From contig OY761614.1 of the NCBI GenBank assembly GCA_963664825.1, positions 2,464,001 to 2,528,000 of the forward strand: DNA of 64,000 bases, written 5' to 3'. The position numbers and the translations under genes were made by a program. Source of the stretch: an uncultured Holophaga sp. Its GTDB lineage: Bacteria; Acidobacteriota; Holophagae; Holophagales; Holophagaceae. Shown in pieces: positions 46,044-55,469 of this stretch (positions are counted from its first letter, which is position 1; every line of letters starts with the position of its first letter). Below the pieces are notes generated by a model, which saw only the letters and a program-made list of their open reading frames with translations, ran no database searches and was not told the DNA's origin.

Positions 46044-48359
46044 GTGCTCACCCGTCAACGACTCTGGCAGCGCCTCAGCGGGGCTCCCCTTTGGAGCCTC
46101 CCCTGGGCCCTGGCCTTGGCCTGCGCGCTGCCCTGGCTGCTGCCCGAATCCTGGGGGGGGCTTCTGCCGGGATGGCTGTTGCCCCTGGGTTGTCTCCTGA
46201 CGCTAGCCTCCTTGCCGCTGTTGGTTTTTCGCCGGGCCTCGGTGCTGCCCTTGGCCCTGGGCCTTGGAATGTTGACGCTGCTGGGCTTGCGGGGGATGGC
46301 TCGGGCAGAACAGGCCCTTCCCACCGGCTTCCTGGCCCTGGAGGGACAGATCTCGGCGCCTTGGAATCTGCAGGCGGAGCGCCGCATGAGCCGGATCCGG
46401 CTCCAGCAGCCCCGGGCCATGGCCGGGCTGGAACTGCCCCTCAGCCTCCCGGGGGAAGGGAACCCGGCCCCGGAACCTGGGACGCCGGTGCGGTTTCGGG
46501 CCGAACTGCTTCGTGTGGAGGCGGGCCCGAGCTTTCTCGGGGAGCGCCCCCTTTGGCGGGCCCGGGGGGACGGCACGCCTCGGCGGATCCACCTCCGTTC
46601 CGCCGACCTCATGGAGGTCCTGGGCCCCCCCAGGCCCTCCCCGCTGCTCCGGCTCCAGACCTTCATCCATGGGCGCTTCCTGGCCCTTCCCCTGGGGGAG
46701 GGACCGGCCCGGGATCTCTGGGGCGCACTCACCCTGGGCTATCCCCCCGCCCGGCCGGACGTATTCAGCGCCTTCGCCGAAAGCGGTACCATCCATACGC
46801 TGGTGGTATCGGGGCTCCAGGTGACGCTGGTGATGGCCTTCCTGGAGGTCCTCTGGAGACGGCTCTTCCGGCGGGGTTCCACCGCGGCTTCCATCCTGGT
46901 GGGGCTCCTCTATTGCGCGGTGGTGGGCTTTTCCGCACCGGTCTGGCGAGGGCTCCTCATGGGCTTCGCTTGGGCTCTGGGGCGGCGCAGTGGGTGGGAA
47001 CTCCCGCCCGTGCTCACCCTGCACGGCGCCCTCCTCCTGTGGCTGCTGTTGCACCCCTCGGCGGGGGCCGATCCGGGATTCCTGCTGGCCTGGTTCGCCC
47101 TGCTGGGGCTGCTCTGGTGTGCAGAACCCCTGGCGGGCCTCCTGGGACCCTTCCTGGGCCGCAGATCCCTCCTCGCGGCGCGCTTCATCGCCCCTTGGCT
47201 GACCACGCTGCCCCTGTTGGCCCTCCTCCATGGCGGGGCCCCGATCTGGGGCGCCCTGGCCAATGTGCTGGTGTTGCCCCTGGTGGCCCTGATCACGCCC
47301 CTCTGCCTGGTGCTCACGGTGCTGCCTGTGCCCGGCCTGGTCCAGATTCTCGGGAGCCTGCTGGCCTGGACCGGCAGCGTGCTGGTGCCCTTTTTCGCCC
47401 GGATTCAGCCGCTGGCCACGGGGATCCTCTGGCCCTGGATTGCCCTCTGCCTGGGTTGGATCGCCCTCGCCCAGCTCCACGCCCGCTTTCGGCGAAGTCG
47501 GGCACTGACGTTGGCCCTGGTGGCGACATCTCTTTTGCTGCTGGCCTTTCGGGGTACGGGGCGTAGAACGCAATCCTTCAGTCTAGAGGCCCCGGATATC
47601 GGCCAGGGGGATGCGCTCTTGCTGCGGGTGCCGGGAGGCGACGCGACCCTGGTGGACACGGGGCCCACTCCATGGGCGGCCCGGCGCCTGGTGCGGGTGC
47701 TCAGTGGGCGGGGCGTGCGGGAACCGCTCCACCTCGTGCTGACCCATCCCCACAGCGATCATGCCGGTGGATGGGCCACTCTGGCCAGGCTCTGGCCCAT
47801 CGTTTCCCTGACCCTTCCCGATACGGCCAATCCCCTGGAACTCTGGGCCCCCGTGGCCCCGCGGGGAGGGTTGGAGGAAGCTCGGCGCGTCCTCCGGGGC
47901 GAGGGCTGGTTCCGGGGCGCGGCCCATTTTGAAGTGCGCTGGCCCCCGAAGCCCTTCGATTTGCCCGATGCCAATATGATTTCCCAGGTGCTCCGCGTGA
48001 GCTGGCAGGACCGGGAACTGTGGCTGATGGGGGACGCCATGGCCATCCAGGAGCGAGATCTGATGGATCTGGGGGACCCCGGGCCCGGAGGGGCCCATCG
48101 GCTCCTGAAGGCCGGGCACCACGGCAGCGCATCGGCTTCGGATGCCGCCTGGATCGCCGCCCTCTCGCCCGAACTCGTGCTCTTCACCGTGGGGCGGCGC
48201 AATCCCTTCGAGTTCCCCTCCCCCCGGACGCTGGAGACCCTCGGACAGACGCCGCACTTCAGCACAGGCCCCAGTGGCGGTGTGCGCGTGGTGGTCGTGC
48301 CCGGAGGGTGGCGCGTGGAGACGGGGGCAGGTGCCACCCATGTGCCGTTGAGGCCCTGA
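46044..48359 (+). CDS. comEC: Competence protein ComEC/Rec2
   Basis: F..SG..H.LVVSGLQV, competence TM domain, metallo-beta-lactamase DIGQGDA, THPHSDHAGG, KAGHHGS. Confidence 0.92.
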   Translation: MLTRQRLWQRLSGAPLWSLPWALALACALPWLLPESWGGLLPGWLLPLGCLLTLASLPLLVFRRASVLPLALGLGMLTLLGLRGMARAEQALPTGFLALEGQISAPWNLQAERRMSRIRLQQPRAMAGLELPLSLPGEGNPAPEPGTPVRFRAELLRVEAGPSFLGERPLWRARGDGTPRRIHLRSADLMEVLGPPRPSPLLRLQTFIHGRFLALPLGEGPARDLWGALTLGYPPARPDVFSAFAESGTIHTLVVSGLQVTLVMAFLEVLWRRLFRRGSTAASILVGLLYCAVVGFSAPVWRGLLMGFAWALGRRSGWELPPVLTLHGALLLWLLLHPSAGADPGFLLAWFALLGLLWCAEPLAGLLGPFLGRRSLLAARFIAPWLTTLPLLALLHGGAPIWGALANVLVLPLVALITPLCLVLTVLPVPGLVQILGSLLAWTGSVLVPFFARIQPLATGILWPWIALCLGWIALAQLHARFRRSRALTLALVATSLLLLAFRGTGRRTQSFSLEAPDIGQGDALLLRVPGGDATLVDTGPTPWAARRLVRVLSGRGVREPLHLVLTHPHSDHAGGWATLARLWPIVSLTLPDTANPLELWAPVAPRGGLEEARRVLRGEGWFRGAAHFEVRWPPKPFDLPDANMISQVLRVSWQDRELWLMGDAMAIQERDLMDLGDPGPGGAHRLLKAGHHGSASASDAAWIAALSPELVLFTVGRRNPFEFPSPRTLETLGQTPHFSTGPSGGVRVVVVPGGWRVETGAGATHVPLRP

Positions 48360-48363
48360 GGAA

Positions 48364-48957
48364 TCAGAAGACTCCGCGGGTCCTTAACGCCTCGACGAGT
48401 TCGCGGCTCACCCGGGCATGCTGGGCTTCCCATTCCTCGTGGGCGTGGGGGCCCACGCGGTTGGCCACGGCCAGGGCCGCGGCGACGGGCACATCGGCGG
48501 CGTGGCAGGCGGCAAAAATCCCGCTGAGCTCCAGGTGCTCGGCGGCGGCGATCTGGGAGAACGCTCGGGCGCCTTCCGCGGTCTTCGTGATGGCAGGGGG
48601 GACGGCGACACAGTGGCCAGGGAGGGGCAGGGGCCAGTTGGAGGCCCAGCGTGTGCGTTCACGCTCAGGGCGGTAGGCGCGGCCCTCCAGTTCTTCCAGG
48701 GAAATGGAGACGGCTTCGGTGGCGCTGATCCGGTCGCCGATTCCGAGACGCGCATCGTAGGCCCCGCAGGTGCCCAGGAAGAGCACCCGCTCCGGTCGGA
48801 GCTCCGCAATCATGCGGGTGACCGTTACGGCCGACGTCAGTGCCCCTAGACCCGTGCAGGCCACCCGCCATCCCGCAGGAGGGGCCGCGTCCAGGCCCGC
48901 CAGTTCCGGCGGGAAGGCCGCCAGGAGCAGGGAAATGCGGATCGGCGAATCGGCCAT
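48364..48957 (-). CDS. Nucleoside phosphorylase family protein (MTA/SAH nucleosidase or futalosine hydrolase-like)
   Basis: AAFPPEL, TGLG...SA, FLGTCGAY, EHLE..G...AC, VAN.VG. Confidence 0.75.
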   Translation of the reverse strand: MADSPIRISLLLAAFPPELAGLDAAPPAGWRVACTGLGALTSAVTVTRMIAELRPERVLFLGTCGAYDARLGIGDRISATEAVSISLEELEGRAYRPERERTRWASNWPLPLPGHCVAVPPAITKTAEGARAFSQIAAAEHLELSGIFAACHAADVPVAAALAVANRVGPHAHEEWEAQHARVSRELVEALRTRGVF

Positions 48958-48985
48958 GGCCAGGAAGGGTCTCCTCTTGGGGGAG

Positions 48986-49315
48986 CTATTTCTTGAGGGG
49001 GATGAAAAAGGAATCCGGGAGCCCCATGCGCATCACGAACTGGTCCCAGGTGAGCCTATTCTTCACCTTCTCGCCTTCATCCAGGACGATGCGGCAGGTG
49101 TGGTTCTCCGCGGCGCATTCGATGGCGGCGTGCTTCTCGAAGCGGACGATTTTGAGGGCCTTGCCCTCCTTGAACACCGTGATGCCCTTCAGAAATTTCT
49201 TCTGGAATTTGGGCATCAGCAGGTCCTTGTAGGTCCTGAGGGCGCCGTAGGGCGATTGGAAGGAGGCGAGTTCTTCTCCTGTATCGCGCGTGAACAGCTT
49301 GAAGGTGATCTTCAT
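48986..49315 (-). CDS. Hypothetical basic protein (109 aa)
   Basis: Host-like codon usage; ATGA overlap with the ettA stop. Confidence 0.75.
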   Translation of the reverse strand: MKITFKLFTRDTGEELASFQSPYGALRTYKDLLMPKFQKKFLKGITVFKEGKALKIVRFEKHAAIECAAENHTCRIVLDEGEKVKNRLTWDQFVMRMGLPDSFFIPLKK

Positions 49316-50997
49316 CGCGTGAGCTTCCGGTATTTAATGCGGTGGGGTTCGAAGGGCTTCAGGCCCAGGATATCCTTCCGGTATTCCTCGTACTGGGTGT
49401 AGTTGCCATCGAAGTATTCCACGCGGCTATCGCCCTCGAAGGCCAGGATGTGGGTGGCCAGGCGATCCAGGAACCAGCGGTCATGGCTGATGATGACGGC
49501 GCTGCCGGCGAAATTCTCGATGGCTTCTTCCAGCGCGCGCATGGTGTTCACGTCGAGATCATTGGTGGGCTCGTCGAAGAGCAGCACGTTGCCGCCGCTC
49601 TTGAGCAGGAGGGCCAGGTTGAGGCGGTTCTGCTGGCCGCCGGAGAGCTCCTTCACCTTCTTCTGCTGGGCCTCCCCGGTGAAGCCGAAGCGGCTCAGCC
49701 AGGCCCGGGCGTTCACCAGCTTGCCCCCCAGCTCAATCTGCTCCCGGCCGTCTGAGATGGCTTCAAACACGCTCTTCTCCAGGTTCAGGTTGGAGCGCAG
49801 CTGATCGACGTAGGTGAGCTTCACCGTGTCGCCCAGGGAGATCTCTCCGGCATCGGTGGATTCCTGTCCCGTGAGCATGCGGAAAAGGGTGGTCTTGCCC
49901 GCGCCGTTGGCGCCGATGACCCCCAGGATGCCGCCCCGGGGTATCTCGAAGTCCAGATTGTCGAAGAGCACCTTGTCGCCATAGGCCTTGGAGACGCCCT
50001 TGAATTCGGCCACCACGTCCCCCAGGCGGGGGCCCGCCGGGATGTAGATCTCCAGTTCCTGTTCCCTCTCGGCCCCTTCGGCTCCGGCGAGTTTCTCGAA
50101 GTTGGCGATGCGGGCCTTGCTCTTGGTGTGCTGACCCTTGGGGGACATGCGGATCCACTCCAGTTCGCGCTCCAGTGTCTTCTCCCGCCGCTGGTCGGAT
50201 CGCTCTTCCCGGGCCAGGCGCGCCGATTTCTGCTCGAGCCAGGAGGAATAATTGCCCTTCCAGGGGATGCCCTCGCCCCGGTCCAGCTCCAGGATCCACT
50301 GGGCCACGTGGTCCAGGAAGTAGCGGTCATGGGTCACGGCGATGACCGTGCCCTCGTAGCGCTGGAGATGCTGCTCCAGCCAGGCCACAGTCTCGGCGTC
50401 CAGGTGGTTCGTCGGTTCGTCCAGCAGGAGGATATCGGGCTTCTGGAGCAGCAGGCGGCAGAGGGCCACCCGGCGCCGCTCGCCGCCCGATAGCACGCTG
50501 ATCTTGGTATCGGGATCCGGGCAGCGCAGGGCGTCCATGGCCTGTTCCAGCTGGGCGTCCAGATCCCAGCAATCCAGGGCGTCGATCTTCTCCTGCAGCT
50601 CTCCCTGGCGGGCCAGGAGCTTGTCGTAGTCGGCATCGGGATCGGCGAAGGCCTCCCCGATGGCGTTGTACTCCCGCAGGAGGGCAGCCTTCTCCCCCGC
50701 GCCTTCTTCTACGACTTCGCGCACGGTCTTGGTCTCGTCGAGCCGGGGCTCCTGCTCCAGCATCCCCGTTGTGTAGCCCTTGGAGAGCACGGCCTCGCCG
50801 TTGAAGTCCGGGTCCACGCCGGCCATGATGCGCAGCACCGTGGACTTGCCCGAGCCGTTGAGGCCCAGCACGCCGATCTTGGCCCCGTAGAAATAGGACA
50901 GCGAGATGTCCTTGATGACGGGCTTGCTGTTGTAGATCTTGCTGACCCGCATCATCGAATAGATGATTTCGGGCTGGTCGCTCACGGGTTTGGCCAT
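49312..50997 (-). CDS. ettA: Energy-dependent translational throttle protein (ABC-F)
   Basis: GAKIGVLGLNGSGKST, LSGGERRRVALCRLLL.KPD.LLLDEPTNHLD, PWKGNYSSWL, second ABC domain, RIKYRKL. Confidence 0.96.
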   Translation of the reverse strand: MAKPVSDQPEIIYSMMRVSKIYNSKPVIKDISLSYFYGAKIGVLGLNGSGKSTVLRIMAGVDPDFNGEAVLSKGYTTGMLEQEPRLDETKTVREVVEEGAGEKAALLREYNAIGEAFADPDADYDKLLARQGELQEKIDALDCWDLDAQLEQAMDALRCPDPDTKISVLSGGERRRVALCRLLLQKPDILLLDEPTNHLDAETVAWLEQHLQRYEGTVIAVTHDRYFLDHVAQWILELDRGEGIPWKGNYSSWLEQKSARLAREERSDQRREKTLERELEWIRMSPKGQHTKSKARIANFEKLAGAEGAEREQELEIYIPAGPRLGDVVAEFKGVSKAYGDKVLFDNLDFEIPRGGILGVIGANGAGKTTLFRMLTGQESTDAGEISLGDTVKLTYVDQLRSNLNLEKSVFEAISDGREQIELGGKLVNARAWLSRFGFTGEAQQKKVKELSGGQQNRLNLALLLKSGGNVLLFDEPTNDLDVNTMRALEEAIENFAGSAVIISHDRWFLDRLATHILAFEGDSRVEYFDGNYTQYEEYRKDILGLKPFEPHRIKYRKLTR

Positions 50998-51058
50998 GGG
51001 GAATCCTTGGAAAATGAGTGCGAATTTTCAGTCTATCGTTGGGCGGCGGTGTCCCGGG

Positions 51059-51925
51059 TCAATCCTTCAGTTGCCGGATGACCCACCTCGCCACCGGGAT
51101 GCTCAGTCCATTGCCCAGGAGCTTGTAGCGCTTCTCCAGTGAAAGGTCTTCCGGGAAACGGAAAGTCTCCGGCAGACCCAGGATCCGGGCCACTTCCGAG
51201 GGCGAGAAGCGCCGGATGCCGCTTCCCGTGACCAGGAACGAACCGCTGCCCACGAAGCGCGCGCCGTAGCCGCCGATGAAGCAGGCCGTGCGGTGATCCT
51301 CGGCCCGCACGAGATCGAGGCCGGGCTTGTGCCGGATGGTCTCGGTATCGAGGTAGAGGGAGGCATCCTCCACGCCATCCAGGAAGGGCGCGAGGGGCCT
51401 TGGCTCCTGCGAGGGCGGCCTGTGGCGGGAGAGCTTTGCTTTGGACGCGAGGACGAAGCTGCGCGGCCGCCGGTTGGGGATGCCGAATTGGGTGGGGCAG
51501 AGCCTGTATTCCTGGGTGTGAAAGCCGTGGCGCTGCAGCTTTGCCTTCAGCAGATCGTGGGCATCGGAGCCCAGGAAACCTTCGACGTTTTCCAGTGCGA
51601 GGCGCTCCGGGGGCGCCGCCTCGAAGATCTCCAGGAGTCTCAGGAAGGCCCTGGAACGCGGGTCCTGGAGCCCCTGGCGGTTTCCCATGCGGCAGAAGGG
51701 CTGGCAGGGCGGGCTCAGGATCCAGGTGTCGGCCCCGAAGGCCAGGAGGGCGTCTCCTGGCAGTGTGGCCAGTTCCCGGGCCTGGGGCCTGTCCCCGTGG
51801 TTCAAGGCATAGGTGGCATTGGCCGCTGGGCTGATATCGAAGGCGGCGACCACGCTGCCCGCCTCTCCCAGGGCATAGCGCCAGCCACCGAGGCCGCTGA
51901 AGAGTTCGAGGGCCTTGAGTGTCAC
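51059..51925 (-). CDS. C5-cytosine methyltransferase, Dnmt2/TRDMT1-like
   Basis: LELFSGLGG, SPPCQPF, D.R, ENV, P.QFGIPN.R.R, CFIGGYG (Dnmt2 CFTxxY motif), R.FSP.E, LLGN.L. Confidence 0.85.
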   Translation of the reverse strand: MTLKALELFSGLGGWRYALGEAGSVVAAFDISPAANATYALNHGDRPQARELATLPGDALLAFGADTWILSPPCQPFCRMGNRQGLQDPRSRAFLRLLEIFEAAPPERLALENVEGFLGSDAHDLLKAKLQRHGFHTQEYRLCPTQFGIPNRRPRSFVLASKAKLSRHRPPSQEPRPLAPFLDGVEDASLYLDTETIRHKPGLDLVRAEDHRTACFIGGYGARFVGSGSFLVTGSGIRRFSPSEVARILGLPETFRFPEDLSLEKRYKLLGNGLSIPVARWVIRQLKD

Positions 51926-51978
51926 GGCGTGGGTTCTCCCGCGGGCGACGAAGGCTTCCCGCTTCTGGAACGGTGGGA

Positions 51979-52956
51979 CTACAGAGCCAGGATCGGCACC
52001 AGATCGGTGAGGATCTGGGGCGGTGTGGGCTTGGTGTCGTGGACGTGGGCCAGGGGGATGGAAACCAGTTCTCCGGCCTGGGTGCCCAAGTAAAAGGCGC
52101 TCTCGCCTGCGGTGAGGCGCTTGACGGCTTCAGAGCCCCAGAGGCTGCCCCAGATGCGATCGATGGCGGTGGGACTGCCTCCGCGCTGGATATGGCCCAG
52201 GACGACCACGCGCAGATCCAGGCTGTAGTCCTTGCGAAGCCGCTCACCAATGGCGTAGGGATTGCCCAATTGATCGCCTTCGGCCATCACAACGATGCTG
52301 GAGCGCTTGCCCCGCTCCCAGCCCGCCTTGAGCTGGGTCACCAGGGTTTCGTAGGTGTCCTTTTCGGATTCGGGATAGAGCACGGCCTCGGCGCCGCAGG
52401 CGATGGCTGTGTGGACGGCGATCATGCCTGAACTCCGCCCCATGACTTCCACCAGGAAGATGCGCTCGTGGGAACTGGCCGTATCGCGGATCTTGTCGAT
52501 GGCTTCGATGGCGGTATTGAGGGCCGTGTCGAAGCCCAGGGTCCGTTCCGTGCCGGGCAGATCGTTGTCGATGGTGCCTGGGATCCCTGCGCAGGGGATT
52601 CCAAATTCCTCGCTGAGGAGATGGGCGCCGGTGAAGCTGCCGTCCCCGCCGATGACCACCAGGGCGTCGATGCCCGCCGACTTCATGTCCCGGGCGACCT
52701 GGGCCCGGACGGACTTGACCTTGAAGGCCTGACAGCGGGCCGTATTGAGGATGGTGCCTCCCCGCTGCAGGATATTCGAACAGTTGCGGCTGGTGAGGGG
52801 GCGCCAATCCTGGTCCACCAGACCCTGGAAGCCCCGGTAGATGCCGTAGACATCCACGCCGAGATCGAGGGATTGCCGGACCACGGCCCGGATCGCGGCG
52901 TTCATTCCGGGGGCATCCCCTCCGGAGGTCAAAACTCCAATGCGATTGGGCTTCAT
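51979..52956 (-). CDS. pfkA: ATP-dependent 6-phosphofructokinase
   Basis: TSGGDAPGMNAAIR, GGTIL, IGGDGSF, PGTIDND, EVMGR, LGHIQRGG. Confidence 0.97.
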   Translation of the reverse strand: MKPNRIGVLTSGGDAPGMNAAIRAVVRQSLDLGVDVYGIYRGFQGLVDQDWRPLTSRNCSNILQRGGTILNTARCQAFKVKSVRAQVARDMKSAGIDALVVIGGDGSFTGAHLLSEEFGIPCAGIPGTIDNDLPGTERTLGFDTALNTAIEAIDKIRDTASSHERIFLVEVMGRSSGMIAVHTAIACGAEAVLYPESEKDTYETLVTQLKAGWERGKRSSIVVMAEGDQLGNPYAIGERLRKDYSLDLRVVVLGHIQRGGSPTAIDRIWGSLWGSEAVKRLTAGESAFYLGTQAGELVSIPLAHVHDTKPTPPQILTDLVPILAL

Positions 52957-52974
52957 GGTGACACCTTGCTTATC

Positions 52975-53005
52975 AGAACGCCCCGCAAAGGCGGGGCGTC
53001 TTTCT
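52975..53005 (-). terminator. Hairpin terminator after tRNA-Asn
   Basis: ACGCCCCGC-AAAG-GCGGGGCGT stem-loop immediately downstream of the tRNA. Confidence 0.6.
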
Positions 53006-53007
53006 AG

Positions 53008-53082
53008 TGGCTCCGGAGGAGGGATTTGAACCCCCGACCCATCGGTTAACAGCCGATTGCTCTACCACTGAGCTACTCCGGA
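53008..53082 (-). tRNA. tRNA-Asn (GTT)
   Basis: TCCGGAGTAGCTCAGTGGTAGAGCAATCGGCTGTTAACCGAT...GGTTCAAATCC...TCCGGAGCCA. Confidence 0.97.
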
Positions 53083-53134
53083 AAGGAGGAATTCCTATTG
53101 TAGCGCGGAGCGGCCAGGGATCAAGCCCCGGGTT

Positions 53135-53719
53135 TCAGACCTTCTGCAGATCCATGAGGATCTGGCGGGCGCAGGCCTTGAGGGTGGCAATGACACCGGT
53201 GCCGATATTGGCGACGGCCTCGATCACGGGTTCGTTTCGGAAGCGGAGCAGGCGCTCCATCTCCTCTACGGGGGCGGCAGTGGGCATATCGCGCTTGTTG
53301 AGCTGGAGGACATACGGGATGCTGCGGATATCAAACCCGTTTTCCTTCAAGTTCGTGGCCAGGTTGGCGATGGATTCGATATTGGCCTCCATGCGCTGGT
53401 GCTGGCTATCGGCCACGAAGATCATGCCGTCGCAGCCCCGGAGGATCAGCTTGCGGCTGGCATCGTAGAAGACCTGGCCGGGCACCGTATAGAGGTGGAA
53501 GCGGACCTTGAAGCCCTTCACGGTGCCCATGTCCAGGGGCAGGAAGTCGAAGAAGAGGGTGCGATCGGTCTCGGTGGCCAGGCTCACCAGCTTGCCCCGC
53601 TTCTCGGGGTTGGCCTGTTCGAAGATCCATTGGATATTCGTCGTCTTCCCGCACAAGCCGGGGCCGTAGTAGACAATCTTGCAGTTGATCTCGCGAGAGG
53701 CGTAGTTGATGAACGTCAT
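53135..53719 (-). CDS. mglA: Small GTPase MglA
   Basis: FINYASREINCKIVYYGPGLCGKTTN, DRTLFFDFLP, YTVPGQVFYDASRKLIL, NKRD. Confidence 0.96.
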   Translation of the reverse strand: MTFINYASREINCKIVYYGPGLCGKTTNIQWIFEQANPEKRGKLVSLATETDRTLFFDFLPLDMGTVKGFKVRFHLYTVPGQVFYDASRKLILRGCDGMIFVADSQHQRMEANIESIANLATNLKENGFDIRSIPYVLQLNKRDMPTAAPVEEMERLLRFRNEPVIEAVANIGTGVIATLKACARQILMDLQKV

Positions 53720-53731
53720 GGCCGCTCCCGG

Positions 53732-54226
53732 TCAATCGCCGAAGAGCTTATCGATATCTTCATCGGTGATTTCCGAGAAGGGGCTCTCGAAATTGGATTC
53801 ACCCGCCACGTTCTGGGCCCGCTGTTCCACCTTTTCGAAGATCTCCTGGAGGTCCCGGCTGGCCTTCTTGACCCGCAGCCGCACCAGGGCCAGGCTGCTG
53901 TTCATATCGAAGATCACCACCAGGATCCCGCGCTTGCCCACGATGGAGATGTGCAGGTTGTCCTTTTCTCCCTCGTGGAAGAGCAGGGTGAATTCCTTTT
54001 CCCCGATGAGCTTGGCGAGGCCATCGGTGGCGGCCACATTGCCGGCGGTGAGGGAGGCGAGGCTGGTGGCATCAATGCTGCGCACATCGCCCGAAGCGGC
54101 GATCTGCTGGCCGTTCTTGTCCACAAGGAACACGACCTTGCTCGAGGAATCCACCTGCAGGCGAGAGATGATCTCCTGCAGCAGCTTGTATTCCTCCTCG
54201 AACATGACCAGATCGAGTTTGGCCAC
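53732..54226 (-). CDS. mglB: Roadblock/LC7 protein MglB (MglA GAP)
   Basis: LVMFEEE, VFLVDKNGQ.IA, SLASLTAGNVAAT.GLAKLIGE.EF, EITDEDID.LF; GGGAGG RBS before GTG. Confidence 0.95.
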   Translation of the reverse strand: MAKLDLVMFEEEYKLLQEIISRLQVDSSSKVVFLVDKNGQQIAASGDVRSIDATSLASLTAGNVAATDGLAKLIGEKEFTLLFHEGEKDNLHISIVGKRGILVVIFDMNSSLALVRLRVKKASRDLQEIFEKVEQRAQNVAGESNFESPFSEITDEDIDKLFGD

Positions 54227-54297
54227 ACGGACCTCCCAGTATTGCGTTCCAAGGAGCATACCGCACTTGACTCGGCATGGCTCCGGGCGGGTTGGCC

Positions 54298-55140
54298 TCA
54301 GTAGCCGCTGCTCTGTGCGTTGGTCTGCGCGCTTCCACCCTTGATGACGGTCAGGGAACTGGAAAGCCCCAGTCGCGTCGCGCCGGCCAGGACCATGCGG
54401 AGCGCGTCCTCGTAGTTGCGCACGGCACCGGAGGCCTTCACGCCTGCCCGGACACCCACTGTTTCTCGCATGATCCGGACATCGGCTTCGGTGGCCCCGC
54501 CGGTGGAGAAACCCGTGGAGGTCTTCACGAAATCCAAGCCTTCTTCGGCGGCGATGCGCGAAGCCTGGACCTTCTCTTCATCGTTCAGCAGGCAGTTTTC
54601 CAGGATGACTTTCAGGACGGCAGTAGGCACGGCCTCGCGCAGGGTGCGGTATTCCCGGCGGATGGATTCCCAGTCCCCGGCCTTGGCCAGCCCCACGGCC
54701 AGGACCATATCGACTTCGCGAGCGCCGTTGGCGACGGCTTCCCGGGCCTCTTCGACCTTGGTGCGAGTGGTGTTGGCTCCCAAGGGGAAGCCGATCACCG
54801 TGCAGACCCGCACGACGCTGCCCTCGAGACGCCGGGCGCAGCGCGTCACCCAGTAGGGGTTCACGCAGACCGAAGCGAACTCGTGCTTCAGCGCCTCGTC
54901 ACAGAGCTGATCGATCTCGGCGACCCAGGCGGCGGGCTTCAGGAGGGTGTGGTCGATGAGGGGCCCCAGATCCACATGGGCGGGCAGCTGTGCGGCGGGG
55001 ATTTCCTTCAGGCCCTCCCGGGTGCGGAGGAGGCAGAGGCCATCCCGGCAGCCCAGCAGCTGGGGACGCTCCTTGGGCGGGCGATTCCCCGAGAGGCGGG
55101 AGAGGACTTCGGCGGCGAGAGCGTGGAGTTGTGTTTGCAT
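54298..55140 (-). CDS. deoC: Deoxyribose-phosphate aldolase with N-terminal extension
   Basis: IDHTLLK, SVCVNP, TVIGFPLG, EVDMV, LKVILE, FVKTSTGF, VKASG.VR, AGATRLG.S. Confidence 0.94.
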   Translation of the reverse strand: MQTQLHALAAEVLSRLSGNRPPKERPQLLGCRDGLCLLRTREGLKEIPAAQLPAHVDLGPLIDHTLLKPAAWVAEIDQLCDEALKHEFASVCVNPYWVTRCARRLEGSVVRVCTVIGFPLGANTTRTKVEEAREAVANGAREVDMVLAVGLAKAGDWESIRREYRTLREAVPTAVLKVILENCLLNDEEKVQASRIAAEEGLDFVKTSTGFSTGGATEADVRIMRETVGVRAGVKASGAVRNYEDALRMVLAGATRLGLSSSLTVIKGGSAQTNAQSSGY

Positions 55141-55264
55141 GCTCTTATTATCGCTCGTATGAGCCCGGGCCTGCAAATCGACAACTCTCCCTGGAGTCCA
55201 GTCTTGGCTCGAGGCCTGCCCCATGCTAAGCTTGTCATTCCCTGTCCACAGGGAAGCCGTTCCT

Positions 55265-55354
55265 GGAGAGTTGTCCGAGTGGCTGAAGGAGCACGATTGG
55301 AAATCGTGTAACGGGGTGACCCGTTCAAGAGTTCGAATCTCTTACTCTCCGCCA
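55265..55354 (+). tRNA. tRNA-Ser (GGA); probable integration site
   Basis: GGAGAGTTGTCCGAGTGGCTGAAGGAGCACGATTGGAAATCGTG...GTTCGAATC...CTCTCCGCCA; long variable arm. Confidence 0.97.
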
Positions 55355-55364
55355 GACTTACGAA

Positions 55365-55396
55365 GAAAAAGCCCCCTCGAATCAGGGGGCTTTTTC
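55365..55396. terminator. Bidirectional intrinsic terminator between tRNA-Ser and alpA
   Basis: GAAAAAGCCCCCT-CGAATC-AGGGGGCTTTTTC, perfect 13-bp stem with A/T tails. Confidence 0.85.
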
Positions 55397-55402
55397 CTGC
55401 AC

Positions 55403-55424
55403 GTCCTACAAGTGTCCTACAAGT
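55403..55424. repeat. Tandem 11-bp direct repeat, candidate integrase arm-type sites
   Basis: GTCCTACAAGT GTCCTACAAGT, about 50 bp from the tRNA 3' end. Confidence 0.6.
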
Positions 55425-55469
55425 CAGCAAGGGGCTGCATTGAGCGCAGTCCCTCAGATATGTGTCCCC

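Noticed and set aside
51059..51925. Restriction-modification system
   Set aside because: No adjacent endonuclease, Vsr or control gene; housekeeping context and a Dnmt2-type motif.
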